Source: a bacterium
Lineage (GTDB): Bacteria; Bacillota; Clostridia; Christensenellales; CAG-138
NCBI GenBank assembly: GCA_022778545.1
Contig: JALFDW010000039.1
Location: 33,216-97,215 of the forward strand
Direction of reading: 5' to 3'
Length of the DNA stretch: 64,000 nucleotides
The number at the start of each line of letters is the position of its first letter. The first letter of the stretch is position 1. Position numbers and translations under genes: made by a program. Below the pieces are notes generated by a model. It did not search any database. It was given only the letters and a program-made list of their open reading frames with translations, and was not told the origin of the DNA. Shown here piece after piece: positions 17,016-26,407 of the stretch.

Positions 17016-18407
17016 ATGATGAAACCCATCCTGTTGATCGACTTTGGCAGCACCTACACCAAGGTGACTGCGGTGGATGCGGATCATGCGCAGCTTTTAG
17101 GCTCCGCCGCCGCGTACACCACCGTGCAGACGGACGTGAACGACGGCCTTGCAAACGCCGTTGCCCTGCTTGAAAAGCAGACGGGCAAGCTCGATTTTGC
17201 GGAGCGCTACGCCTGCTCGAGCGCCGCAGGCGGCCTCCGGATGATCGCAAGCGGCCTCGTGCCGGAACTCACGGCGGAAGCGGCAAAATGCGCAAGCCTC
17301 GGCGCAGGTGCAAAGGTCATAAGAACCTACTCCTTCGAGCTGACCGAGGACGACGCCGCGGAGATCGTTGCCGAAAAGCCGGACATCTTCCTGCTCGTTG
17401 GCGGGACGGACGGCGGCAACAAGGCCTGCATCCTAAACAACGCGCACATGCTCGCGGAAGCGGGCGGGGACTTCCCCATCGTGATCGCCGGCAACCGCAA
17501 CGCCGCGCGGGAATGTGAACGCATCCTCGCCGGGCGGGAGGTTTACGTCTGCGAAAACGTGATGCCCAAGTTCGGCGTACTGAACATCGAACCCACGCAG
17601 CAGCGCATCCGCGACATCTTCCTGAGCCGCATCGTGCGCGCCAAGGGGCTCACGAAGGCAAGCGAGCTCATCTCCGGCATCATGATGCCCACACCCTCCG
17701 CCTTCCTTGCAGCCATGCAGCTGCTTGCGGACGGCACAAAGGAGCAAAGCGGCATCGGCGAACTCATCGCCGTGGACGTAGGCGGCGCGACGACGGATGT
17801 CTACTCCATCTCCGCCGGCATGCCGGATCACCCCGGCACGATCCTCAAAGGGCTGCCTGAACCTTATGTGAAGCGCACGGTGGAAGGCGACGTCGGCATG
17901 CGTTACAGCATCCACGGCATCGTGGATGCGGCAGGGCTTGATGCCATCGCTTCCGCTTCGGGCATCGCTCCCGCCCGCGCGCAGGAGCTTGTGGACTATC
18001 TCGGCACGCACACGGATGTGCTCCCCACCACCCCGGAGCTTGAAGCCCTTGATGAGGCGCTCGCGAGCTACGCCATCCGGACTGCCGTCACGCGCCACGC
18101 GGGCCGCATCGAGGAATCCTACACCATGATGGGCCTTGCCTACGCGCAGACCGGCAAGAACCTCATGAACGTGGAACGTCTCGTTGTCACGGGCGGTTCG
18201 CTCATCCATACAAAGAACACCGGGAAGATCGCTTCCTACGCCCTGTATGATCCCAAGGACCCCACCTCGCTCAAGCCGCGCAAAGCCGAGCTGCTGGTGG
18301 ACCGGAAATACATCCTTGCCGCAATGGGTCTTTTGAGCAAGTATTACCCCGAAGCGGCGCTGACCATCATGAAGAAGGAGCTTGAAAACGATGGACTTGC
18401 AGAATAA
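17016..18407 (+). CDS. glmL: Glutamate mutase-associated protein GlmL/MutL (reactivase/chaperone)
   Basis: 463 aa. [16 protein letters not shown]-type ATPase N-terminus. Conserved position between the S and E subunits. Confidence 0.85.
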   Translation: MMKPILLIDFGSTYTKVTAVDADHAQLLGSAAAYTTVQTDVNDGLANAVALLEKQTGKLDFAERYACSSAAGGLRMIASGLVPELTAEAAKCASLGAGAKVIRTYSFELTEDDAAEIVAEKPDIFLLVGGTDGGNKACILNNAHMLAEAGGDFPIVIAGNRNAARECERILAGREVYVCENVMPKFGVLNIEPTQQRIRDIFLSRIVRAKGLTKASELISGIMMPTPSAFLAAMQLLADGTKEQSGIGELIAVDVGGATTDVYSISAGMPDHPGTILKGLPEPYVKRTVEGDVGMRYSIHGIVDAAGLDAIASASGIAPARAQELVDYLGTHTDVLPTTPELEALDEALASYAIRTAVTRHAGRIEESYTMMGLAYAQTGKNLMNVERLVVTGGSLIHTKNTGKIASYALYDPKDPTSLKPRKAELLVDRKYILAAMGLLSKYYPEAALTIMKKELENDGLAE

Positions 18408-19848
18408 ACGCATCCCCGACCAGGAGTTTTACAAAATTCGCGAAGAAGTACTGCAGCAGTGGCCGACCGGCAAGGCCGTAGACCTTGAGGAAGCCATCGC
18501 TTACCACAAATCCCTGCCCGACAAGAAGGTGTTCTCCAAGAAGCTGATCGACGCAAAGAACCGCGGCGTGACGCTGATCCAGCCGCGCGCGGGCGTTGCG
18601 CTCATCAAAGATCAGATTGAGTTGCTCACCTACCTGCAGAACAAGGGTGAAGCGGATCTCCTGCCCACCACGATTGACAGCTACACCCGCCAGAACCGCT
18701 ACGAAGAGGCGGAGACGGGCATCCGCGAATCCTTCAAGGAAGGCCGCTCCATGCTCAACGGCTTCCCGGCCGTCAACCACGGCGTTGCCGGCTGCCGCCA
18801 GCTGATCGACAGCCTCGACACGCCCATCCAGGTGCGCCACGGGACTCCGGATGCGCGTCTTCTCACTGAGATCGCCTACGCGGGCGGCTTCACGAGCTAT
18901 GAAGGCGGCGGCATCTCCTACAACCTGCCGTATGCGAAAAACGTCCCCATGGAGCGCACCATCCGCGACTGGCAGTATGTGGATCGTCTGACCGGCCTCT
19001 ATGAAGAAGCGGGCGTTTCCATCAACCGCGAGCCCTACGGCCCGCTCACCGGCACCCTCGTGCCTCCCTGCGTTTCCCATGCGGTCGCCATCATCGAAGC
19101 GCTGCTTGCGGCGGAGCAGGGCGTAAAGAACATCACCGTCGGCTACGGCCAGTGCGGCAACCTTGTACAGGACGTCGCAGCTATCCGCACGCTGGAAGAG
19201 CTTACGGACGAATACCTCGAAAAGAGCGGCCATGGCGACGTAATCGTCACCACCGTGTTCCACCAGTGGATGGGCGGCTTCCCGCAGGATGAAGCGAAGG
19301 CCTTCGGCGTCATCTCCTGGGGCAGCGCCACCGCCGCGCTCTCCAAGGCCACAAAGGTCATCGTCAAGACCCCGCATGAGGCCGCCGGCGTCCCCACCAT
19401 GGAAGCAAACGCGCAGGGCCTGCGCTGCACCAAGCAGGTGATCAGCATGCTGGCCGACCAGACCTGCACCGCCGCGAACCTGGAGCAGGAAAAGGAAGTC
19501 ATCCGCTGCGAAACGCGCGCCATCCTCGATAAGTGCTTCGAGCTTGGCAACGGCGACATCGCTGTGGGCGCCGTCCGCGCCGTGCAGGCTGGTGTGCTCG
19601 ATATCCCGTTCGCACCCTCCCGCTTCAACGCGGGCAAGATGCTCCCTGCGCGCGACAACACCGGCGCGATCCGCATCCTTGAGCCCGGCAACATGCCGCT
19701 CACCAAGGACATGATGGATTTCAACCGCGGCATGATCGAGGAGCGCGCCAAGTACGAAAAGCGCAAGGCTTCCTTCCAGATGGTCATCGACGACATCTAC
19801 GCCATCAGCAAGGGCCGCCTCGTCGGCAGGCCGCAGGGCATGCGCTAA
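18391..19848 (+). CDS. glmE: Glutamate mutase epsilon (catalytic) subunit
   Basis: [28 protein letters not shown] matches the clostridial MutE N-terminus. ATG 18391 has AAGGAG 10 nt upstream. The ORF-track TTG start at 18382 is less likely. Confidence 0.92.
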   Translation: MDLQNKRIPDQEFYKIREEVLQQWPTGKAVDLEEAIAYHKSLPDKKVFSKKLIDAKNRGVTLIQPRAGVALIKDQIELLTYLQNKGEADLLPTTIDSYTRQNRYEEAETGIRESFKEGRSMLNGFPAVNHGVAGCRQLIDSLDTPIQVRHGTPDARLLTEIAYAGGFTSYEGGGISYNLPYAKNVPMERTIRDWQYVDRLTGLYEEAGVSINREPYGPLTGTLVPPCVSHAVAIIEALLAAEQGVKNITVGYGQCGNLVQDVAAIRTLEELTDEYLEKSGHGDVIVTTVFHQWMGGFPQDEAKAFGVISWGSATAALSKATKVIVKTPHEAAGVPTMEANAQGLRCTKQVISMLADQTCTAANLEQEKEVIRCETRAILDKCFELGNGDIAVGAVRAVQAGVLDIPFAPSRFNAGKMLPARDNTGAIRILEPGNMPLTKDMMDFNRGMIEERAKYEKRKASFQMVIDDIYAISKGRLVGRPQGMR

Positions 19849-19981
19849 GCGTTCCTTTTTCGGATTTCACTTCCGAAAAAGGTTTCCGGGAAGAAAACAA
19901 GGATTCTCACGCTGCCGGCGCACATGCCGCCGGCAGCGAATAAAGCTCATTATCAGATAGTTCAGAAAGGACGGTTTCACA

Positions 19982-21235
19982 ATGAAGATCATTGATGTTG
20001 TTTGCTCCGCCGGCCGTACCGGCTTCTACTTTGACGATCAGCGCGCCATCAAGGCCGGTGCGGATCATGACGGGTTCACCTACGTCGGCGCCCCTGTGAC
20101 CTCCGGCTTCTCCGCCGTGCGCCAGGCGGGCGAGTCCATCTCCGTGATGCTCGTGCTCGAAGACGGCCAAGTCGCCTACGGCGACTGCGCAGCCGTGCAG
20201 TACAGCGGTGCGGGCGGACGTGACCCTCTCTTCCTCGCGAAAGACTTCATCCCCGTGATCGAAAACAACATTAAGCCTAAGCTCGTCGGCCGCGAAGCGG
20301 ACAGCTTCAAGAACCTTTCCGAGATGGTGGAAGCCATCACTGTGGACGGCAAGCGCCTGCACACCGCCATCCGCTACGGCGTGACCCAGGCCATCCTCGA
20401 CGCCGTTGCCCGCGCCACCGGCCGCATGATGTGCGAAGTCGTGGCCGATGAATACGGCTGCACCGTGACCGATCAGCCGCTCAACATCTTCACCCAGTCC
20501 GGCGACGACCGTTACTCCAACGCAGACAAGATGATCATCAAGGGTGCACAGGTTCTGCCCCACGCGCTCATCAACAACGTCAAGACCAAGCTGGGCGAGC
20601 ATGGCGAGCTCCTTGCCGAGTATGTCGGCTGGCTGCGCGACCGCGTTCTGAAGCTCCGCCAGGATGAAAGCTACACCCCCGTGTTCCACATCGACGTATA
20701 CGGCACCATCGGCGCAGCATTCGGCAACGACAACTACAAGGGCATGGCGGATTATATCGCTGAGCTTGAGAAGATCGCAGCGCCCTTCCACCTCCGCATC
20801 GAAGGCCCCATGGATGTTGAGGATCGCGAAAAGCAGATGCTCGCGCTCAAGGCGCTCACTGCAGAGCTTGACGCCCGCGGCATCAACGTGGAGATCGTCG
20901 CGGACGAATGGTGCAACACCCTTGAGGACATCAAGTACTTCGCGGACAACAAGGCCGGCCACATGGTGCAGATCAAGACTCCGGACCTCGGCGGCATCAA
21001 CAACACCGTAGAAGCCGTGCTGTACTGCAAGCGCCTTGGCATCGGCGCGTACCAGGGCGGCACCTGCAACGAGACCGACCGTTCCGCACAGGTCTGCGTG
21101 CAGTGCGCCATGGCGACCCGCCCGGATCAGATCCTCGCAAAGCCCGGCATGGGTGTTGATGAAGGCTACATGATCGTTTACAACGAGATGCAGCGCATCC
21201 TCGCACTGCGCAAGGCAAAGGCCGCGCGCAACTGA
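19982..21235 (+). CDS. mal: Methylaspartate ammonia-lyase
   Basis: 417 aa. MKIIDVVCSAGRTGFYFDDQRAIKAG and QIKTPDLGG (enolase superfamily) are typical. Confidence 0.92.
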   Translation: MKIIDVVCSAGRTGFYFDDQRAIKAGADHDGFTYVGAPVTSGFSAVRQAGESISVMLVLEDGQVAYGDCAAVQYSGAGGRDPLFLAKDFIPVIENNIKPKLVGREADSFKNLSEMVEAITVDGKRLHTAIRYGVTQAILDAVARATGRMMCEVVADEYGCTVTDQPLNIFTQSGDDRYSNADKMIIKGAQVLPHALINNVKTKLGEHGELLAEYVGWLRDRVLKLRQDESYTPVFHIDVYGTIGAAFGNDNYKGMADYIAELEKIAAPFHLRIEGPMDVEDREKQMLALKALTAELDARGINVEIVADEWCNTLEDIKYFADNKAGHMVQIKTPDLGGINNTVEAVLYCKRLGIGAYQGGTCNETDRSAQVCVQCAMATRPDQILAKPGMGVDEGYMIVYNEMQRILALRKAKAARN

Positions 21236-21252
21236 TTTTGTCCCTTTCATTT

Positions 21253-21286
21253 GGGCTGTCCGGAGCTTCTTCCGGCAGCCCTTTTT
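21253..21286 (+). terminator. Rho-independent terminator after mal
   Basis: Stem GGGCTG(T)CCGGA/TCCGGCAGCCC followed by TTTTT. Confidence 0.7.
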
Positions 21287-21350
21287 CAGGTAAAGGCCCC
21301 CGTATTCCTGCACAACTTCATAACTGTCTCTTATGAGAACAGAGTTGTCG

Positions 21351-21379
21351 TTGACGGGTTTACAAGTACATATTATAAT
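21351..21379 (+). promoter_or_regulatory. Promoter of the hydrogenase operon
   Basis: TTGACG (21351-21356), 17-nt spacer, TATAAT (21374-21379). Confidence 0.6.
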
Positions 21380-21439
21380 ATATTTGTGTATTATTCGCCC
21401 TTGCACGCGCTGCGTAAGGGCGTTAAAAAGGAGAAACTT

Positions 21440-22894
21440 ATGGCGCTGTTGTTTGATACCCATGTGCAAAAAATGAAATACAACGTGCTGCGCGAAGTCG
21501 CCAAGCTCGCTTATAACGACGAACTAACCAGCGCAAAGCTGATGGACGTTGCAAAAATCATCATCCCGGATGGCAAGCCCATGTTCCGCTGCTGTATTTA
21601 CAAAGAACGCGCGATCATCAATGAGCGTGTCAGCATGGCGCTTGGCGGCGAAGAAGATGGCACGGTCATCGGCGTGCTCCCCATAGCATGCGATGAATGC
21701 CCGGTGGACGGAATCCAGGTCTCCGCGGCGTGCCGCGGCTGTTTGGCCCACCGCTGCAAGGATAACTGCCCCAAGGACGCCATCTCCATCGTGGATCACC
21801 ATGCGGTGATCGACAAGGAAAAATGCGTGGAGTGCGGCCGCTGCATGTCAGTCTGCCCGTATTCCGCCATCGTCAAGCATACGCGCCCCTGCGTAAACGC
21901 CTGCAAGCCCAAGGCGATCCACATCGATCCCGAAACGCAGAAGGCCATCATCAACAAGGAAAAGTGCATCTCCTGCGGCGCCTGCGTCTATCAGTGCCCC
22001 TTCGGCGCGATCACCGACAAATCCAGCATCACGCAGGTCATCTCGCTGATCCGCAATTCGCATGAAAACACGGATTACCATGTATATGCCGTCGTCGCCC
22101 CTTCCATGGCCAGCCAGTATCCAAACGCCGTGCCGGAGCAGGTCGTTGCCGGCATCCGCAAGCTCGGCTTCCACGCCGTTGTTGAAGCTGCCTGGGGTGC
22201 GGACATGGTCGCCTGGCTTGAAGCGCAGGAGCTCGCGGAAAAGGGCTTCCTTACCTCCTCCTGCTGCCCGGCGTTCGTGAGCTACGTCGAAAAGAACTTC
22301 CCCACGCTTGCGCCGAACGTGTCCCACAACCTTTCGCCCATGGCGCAGATCGCCAAGTGGCTGCATGAGACCGACCCAAGCTGCCACGTGGTGTTCATCG
22401 GGCCCTGCATCGCGAAAAAGGCCGAAACGAAATACACCAAAACGAAGGAATTCGTGGATTACACGCTCACCTTTGAAGAAATGCAGGCCATGTTCTCCGC
22501 CCGCGGCATCGACGTCACCAAAATGGAAAAGGCGGAGCTTGACAACGCATCCTTCTTCGGGCGCATCTTTGCACGCTGCGGCGGCCTTGCCACCGCCGTG
22601 GAGCAGGCGCTGCGCGAGCAGGGCGTGACCGAAGAGCAATTCAAGCTCAAGGGCGTTTCCTGCAACGGCATCACCGAATGCCGCACGGCGCTTCTGAAGG
22701 CGCAGAAGGGCGTGCTTCAAGAGAACTTCATCGAAGGCATGGCATGCGAGGGCGGCTGCATCGGCGGCCCGGCCTGCCTGAGCCACAGCTCCAAAAATGC
22801 CGCGCAGGTGGATGCGTATGGCCGTTCCTCCATGGAGCAGACCATTTCGGATGCCATCAGCGTTTTGCGGCTGAATGAAACAGAAAACCACTAA
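21440..22894 (+). CDS. [FeFe] hydrogenase, group B-like
   Basis: 484 aa from ATG 21440 (SD AAAGGAGA). H-cluster motifs TSSCCPAF, GPCIAKKAE and EGMACEGGCIGGP. Several CxxCxxCxxxCP ferredoxin motifs and an N-terminal Cys-rich region. Confidence 0.88.
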   Translation: MALLFDTHVQKMKYNVLREVAKLAYNDELTSAKLMDVAKIIIPDGKPMFRCCIYKERAIINERVSMALGGEEDGTVIGVLPIACDECPVDGIQVSAACRGCLAHRCKDNCPKDAISIVDHHAVIDKEKCVECGRCMSVCPYSAIVKHTRPCVNACKPKAIHIDPETQKAIINKEKCISCGACVYQCPFGAITDKSSITQVISLIRNSHENTDYHVYAVVAPSMASQYPNAVPEQVVAGIRKLGFHAVVEAAWGADMVAWLEAQELAEKGFLTSSCCPAFVSYVEKNFPTLAPNVSHNLSPMAQIAKWLHETDPSCHVVFIGPCIAKKAETKYTKTKEFVDYTLTFEEMQAMFSARGIDVTKMEKAELDNASFFGRIFARCGGLATAVEQALREQGVTEEQFKLKGVSCNGITECRTALLKAQKGVLQENFIEGMACEGGCIGGPACLSHSSKNAAQVDAYGRSSMEQTISDAISVLRLNETENH

Positions 22895-22909
22895 CAGGAG
22901 GTTCCCAGT

Positions 22910-23158
22910 ATGACGACGATTTCCGTATGCATCGGCAGTGCATGCCACAAGCGCGGCTCCTATGCCATCCTCAACCGTTTCAAAGCGCTTGCCGCCGAGA
23001 AGGGCGTTTCCGACAAAGTCACCATTGCTCCGACATTCTGCCTTGGCGAATGCAAGAACGGCGTTTCTGTGAAGGTGGATGACAAGCTCTTCCTCGGCAT
23101 GACCGAAGAAGCCGTCGAAAACGTATTCGACCAGTATGTCCTGCCCAAGCTGGGCTGA
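22910..23158 (+). CDS. Thioredoxin-like [2Fe-2S] ferredoxin domain protein
   Basis: 82 aa. Cys pattern CIGSAC...CLGEC, typical of the NuoE/HydC-like fold. Confidence 0.75.
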   Translation: MTTISVCIGSACHKRGSYAILNRFKALAAEKGVSDKVTIAPTFCLGECKNGVSVKVDDKLFLGMTEEAVENVFDQYVLPKLG

Positions 23159-23166
23159 AGGAGGCA

Positions 23167-24867
23167 ATGGCGATGGGCATCCTGCAATTTGAAAGCGTTA
23201 ACTGCAAGGACTGCTGCAAATGCATCGGCGTTTGCCCGGTAAAATCCATCGAGGTGAAAAACCACCGCGCCATGGTCGTGGAGCGGGACTGCATCCTCTG
23301 CGGCAACTGCACAGTTGTCTGCCCGCAGAACACCAAGCACGACATAAACGACGTCGCGAACATCCGCGGGCTGATCCGGGAAGGGCGCAAAGTCGTTGCA
23401 AGCGTCGCCCCCTCCTATGCCGCATACTTCGGCAGCTGCGGCCTGCCTGCGTTCCGCGCCGCGCTGCAGAAGCTCGGTTTCGCGGATGTGCGCGAAACTG
23501 CGGAGGGCGCGTACCTCGTAAAAACGGAGTATGAAACCATTCTGCGCGAGAAGCGCATGAGTACCGTGATCTCCTCCTGCTGCGCTACGGTAAACGCTTA
23601 TGTGCGCAAGCATTGCCCGGAGGCGATCCCCTTCCTTGCGCCTGTGCTCACTCCCATGCAGGCGCATGCCCGGCTCATCCATGCGGAGGATCCGGAGGCG
23701 GTAATCGTGTTCGTCGGCCCCTGCATCTCCAAGAAGGCGGAATGCCTGGAAGATGCTTCGGATCTCGCTTATGCCGTCACCTTTGGCGACCTTGCCGAGT
23801 GGATGCGCGACGTCAACGTGGAGATCGAGCCCGTTTCCGCTTCGGAGCGCCGCCTTTCCCGCTTCTTCCCCGTTGCGGGCGGCATCCTGAAAACCATGGA
23901 AAAAACCACGGATTACAGCTACATCGCCGTGGACGGCCCGGAGAACTGCATGCGTGCGCTGCATGACGCTGCCGCAGGGAAGCTCCCGAACTGCTTCATT
24001 GAAATGAACTTCTGCACAGGCTCCTGCGTGGGCGGCCCCGCCTTCCGCAAGCGCGAGCTTTCTCTCGCTGCCTCCACGCTCCGCGTTGCGCGGGACGCGG
24101 TCGAAAGCGATGCGGCAGAGCAAGGCGCCCCCGATTATGCGTTTGAAAAGCCCGGCAACCTCAGCGCCGTGTTCCGCGATGAACAGACCTGCTATGCCAC
24201 GCCAACAGAAAAGCAAATCGCGGCGGTATTCAAAAAGATGGGCAAGGAAAGCCCGGCGGATGAGCTCAACTGCGGCATGTGCGGCTATCCCTCCTGCCGG
24301 GACAAGGCGATCGCCGTGCTCATGGGGCGCGCGGAGATCACCATGTGCATGCCATACATGAAAAAGCGTGCGGAATCCTTCTCGGACAAGATCCTGAGCA
24401 TCACGCCGGATGCGATCCTCGCGGTGGATCTCGACCTTCGGGTGCAGCAGATCAACCAGGCTGCCTGCCAGATCTTCTCCGTTGAGCCGCAGGATATCCT
24501 CGGTCAGCCCGTGAGCCGCCTCATCGATGAGTTCGATTTTGTAGACCTCATCGCAAGCGGGAACACGCGCTCTGAAAAGTATTCTTTCCTCGCGGAATAT
24601 AACCTTTACCTGAAGCAGTCGTTCTTCTATGATGCGGCAAGCGGCATCATCATCTGTATCATGAAGAACATCACGAAGGAAAAGCAGAAGCAGAACCAGC
24701 TCATGCGCCACAAGACACAGGTCGCCAGCCTCGCGGACGACATTGTGGAAAAGCAGCTGCGCATCGTGCATGAGATCGCCTCGCTCCTCGGCGAATCCGC
24801 CGCGGAAACGAAGCTCGCCATCTCGGAGCTCAAGGATGCCGTCATGATGGAAAGCGAGGAGCAATAA
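23167..24867 (+). CDS. hydS: Sensory-type [FeFe] hydrogenase with a C-terminal PAS domain (HydS / group C architecture)
   Basis: 566 aa. 2x[4Fe-4S] N-terminus. Altered H-cluster motifs SSCCATV, GPCISKKAE and EMNFCTGSCVGGP. Four-Cys CGMCGYPSC. PAS-like ILSITPDAILAVDLDLRVQQINQAACQIF. Coiled tail. Confidence 0.85.
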   Translation: MAMGILQFESVNCKDCCKCIGVCPVKSIEVKNHRAMVVERDCILCGNCTVVCPQNTKHDINDVANIRGLIREGRKVVASVAPSYAAYFGSCGLPAFRAALQKLGFADVRETAEGAYLVKTEYETILREKRMSTVISSCCATVNAYVRKHCPEAIPFLAPVLTPMQAHARLIHAEDPEAVIVFVGPCISKKAECLEDASDLAYAVTFGDLAEWMRDVNVEIEPVSASERRLSRFFPVAGGILKTMEKTTDYSYIAVDGPENCMRALHDAAAGKLPNCFIEMNFCTGSCVGGPAFRKRELSLAASTLRVARDAVESDAAEQGAPDYAFEKPGNLSAVFRDEQTCYATPTEKQIAAVFKKMGKESPADELNCGMCGYPSCRDKAIAVLMGRAEITMCMPYMKKRAESFSDKILSITPDAILAVDLDLRVQQINQAACQIFSVEPQDILGQPVSRLIDEFDFVDLIASGNTRSEKYSFLAEYNLYLKQSFFYDAASGIIICIMKNITKEKQKQNQLMRHKTQVASLADDIVEKQLRIVHEIASLLGESAAETKLAISELKDAVMMESEEQ

Positions 24868-24871
24868 GCCC

Positions 24872-26407
24872 ATGGAAAGCCTTTTCATCGAGAGCGGGCA
24901 CGCAAGCGTCAACAAGCATGATGAATCGCTCTGCGGCGACTCCTATCACATCACAAAGGAAAACGGCAAGCTGACCGTCGTCCTTTCCGACGGGTTGGGG
25001 AGCGGCGTGAAAGCCAACATCCTTTCCACGCTGACTTCCACCATTCTTTCCACGCTGATGTCCCGCAAGCTCCCCGTGGATGAGTGCATCGAGACCGTTG
25101 CGTCCACGCTGCCCATGTGCAAGGAGCGCAAGCTTGCCTATTCCACCTTCACCATGCTGCAGGTGGAAAGCACGCAGGCCCGCCTGATCCAGTACGACAA
25201 TCCGCGCGCAATCCTGCTGCGCAACGGCAAGAACGTGGATTACAGCACAACTGTCCGCTTCATCGGGGAAAAAGAGATTCACGAAAGCACGCTGTACCCG
25301 CAGGAAAACGATCTTCTCATCCTGATGACGGACGGCGTCACGAACGCCGGCATCGGCAAGGTGATGCCGGAGGGCTGGCCCCGCAAGGACGTGATCGAAT
25401 GCCTGGAGCGTTGGTACACGCCGGATATTTCTCCGCAGCACCTTGCGGCAATGCTTGTGAACGCTGCGCTTTCCCTTTGCCTGGAGTCCCCGGATGACGA
25501 CATTACTGCGCTTGTGTTCAAGGTGCGCCAGCGGAAGGCCGTGAACGTAATCATCGGGCCACCGGCCGACCCGAAGGACGATGAGCGCGTGCTTCGTCTC
25601 TTCTTCGCCAAGGAAGGCCTGCATGTGGTCTGCGGCGGCACAACGGCGCACACCGTGAGCCGGTATTTGAAAAAGCCCATCGTCCCCATTGCCGACAGCG
25701 GGACCGATACCGTCCCCGCGATTGCTTCCATCGAGGGCGTGGACCTTGTGACAGAGGGTGTGATCACGCTCCAGCAGGTTGCAGAGCTTGCGGAAAAATA
25801 TGCTTCAAATAACCGCATCTCCCTTTCCATCAGTGAAAAGACGGATGGCGTGTCCCGGCTTGCTTCGCTCCTGTTCGAGCAGGCGACGGACATCACGATC
25901 TTCCAGGGGCAGGCCATGAACCAGGCGCATGAGGAACTGGACATCGGCTTTGATTCCAAGGAGATGCTCATCAAGCGGCTCACAAAGAGCCTGACCGAAA
26001 TGGGCAAAACGTCAAGGTCAGCCGTTGCTGAATGGATGCCCTTTATGCATGACAAAAGCCTCCGATTCGTTCGGAGGCTTGTTCTTTGTTTTCCGCCTGT
26101 TCCACCGGTTCAGGCGTTTTTCCGCAGGGCGTCAAGCGCCATGCGCGCCGCACCCTCCGCAGCGGATGTTTCCAAAGGGAAGACCCGCAATTCCGGATAC
26201 CGCGCTTTGAGCCGCGTCTTCACACCGCCCGCCACGCAGGCCATGTTTTTGAGCACGCCGCCGGAAAGAGCAATGCGCTCCGCTTTCAGACCAAGCTGCT
26301 CCAGCACCGCGGAAGCAAGCAGGCAAAGCTCTTCCACGGCCTTTTCGCATATGGCGCACGCGGCAACGTCGCCGCGCTCTACCGCTTCCGGCAGGAGAGC
26401 GGCATAA
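24872..26407 (+). CDS. PP2C/SpoIIE-family serine phosphatase with an extra C-terminal domain; the last ~125 codons of the ORF are probably not genuine
   Basis: PP2C motifs LCGDSY, VVLSDGLGSGVKA and LILMTDGV. The ORF runs through terminator 26057-26092 and overlaps the convergent gene by 298 nt. The -1 frame reaches TGA at 26029-26031. Confidence 0.75.
   Translation: MESLFIESGHASVNKHDESLCGDSYHITKENGKLTVVLSDGLGSGVKANILSTLTSTILSTLMSRKLPVDECIETVASTLPMCKERKLAYSTFTMLQVESTQARLIQYDNPRAILLRNGKNVDYSTTVRFIGEKEIHESTLYPQENDLLILMTDGVTNAGIGKVMPEGWPRKDVIECLERWYTPDISPQHLAAMLVNAALSLCLESPDDDITALVFKVRQRKAVNVIIGPPADPKDDERVLRLFFAKEGLHVVCGGTTAHTVSRYLKKPIVPIADSGTDTVPAIASIEGVDLVTEGVITLQQVAELAEKYASNNRISLSISEKTDGVSRLASLLFEQATDITIFQGQAMNQAHEELDIGFDSKEMLIKRLTKSLTEMGKTSRSAVAEWMPFMHDKSLRFVRRLVLCFPPVPPVQAFFRRASSAMRAAPSAADVSKGKTRNSGYRALSRVFTPPATQAMFLSTPPERAMRSAFRPSCSSTAEASRQSSSTAFSHMAHAATSPRSTASGRRAA
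26057..26092. terminator. Bidirectional rho-independent terminator
   Basis: Stem AGCCTCCGA/TCGGAGGCT, loop TTCGT, T-rich tract on the + side and an A-run (T-run on the minus strand) on the other. Confidence 0.75.

Noticed and set aside
18382-18390. The TTG start of glmE given by the ORF track.
   Set aside because: ATG 18391 is preceded by AAGGAG at optimal spacing and yields the MDLQNK N-terminus, which matches clostridial MutE.
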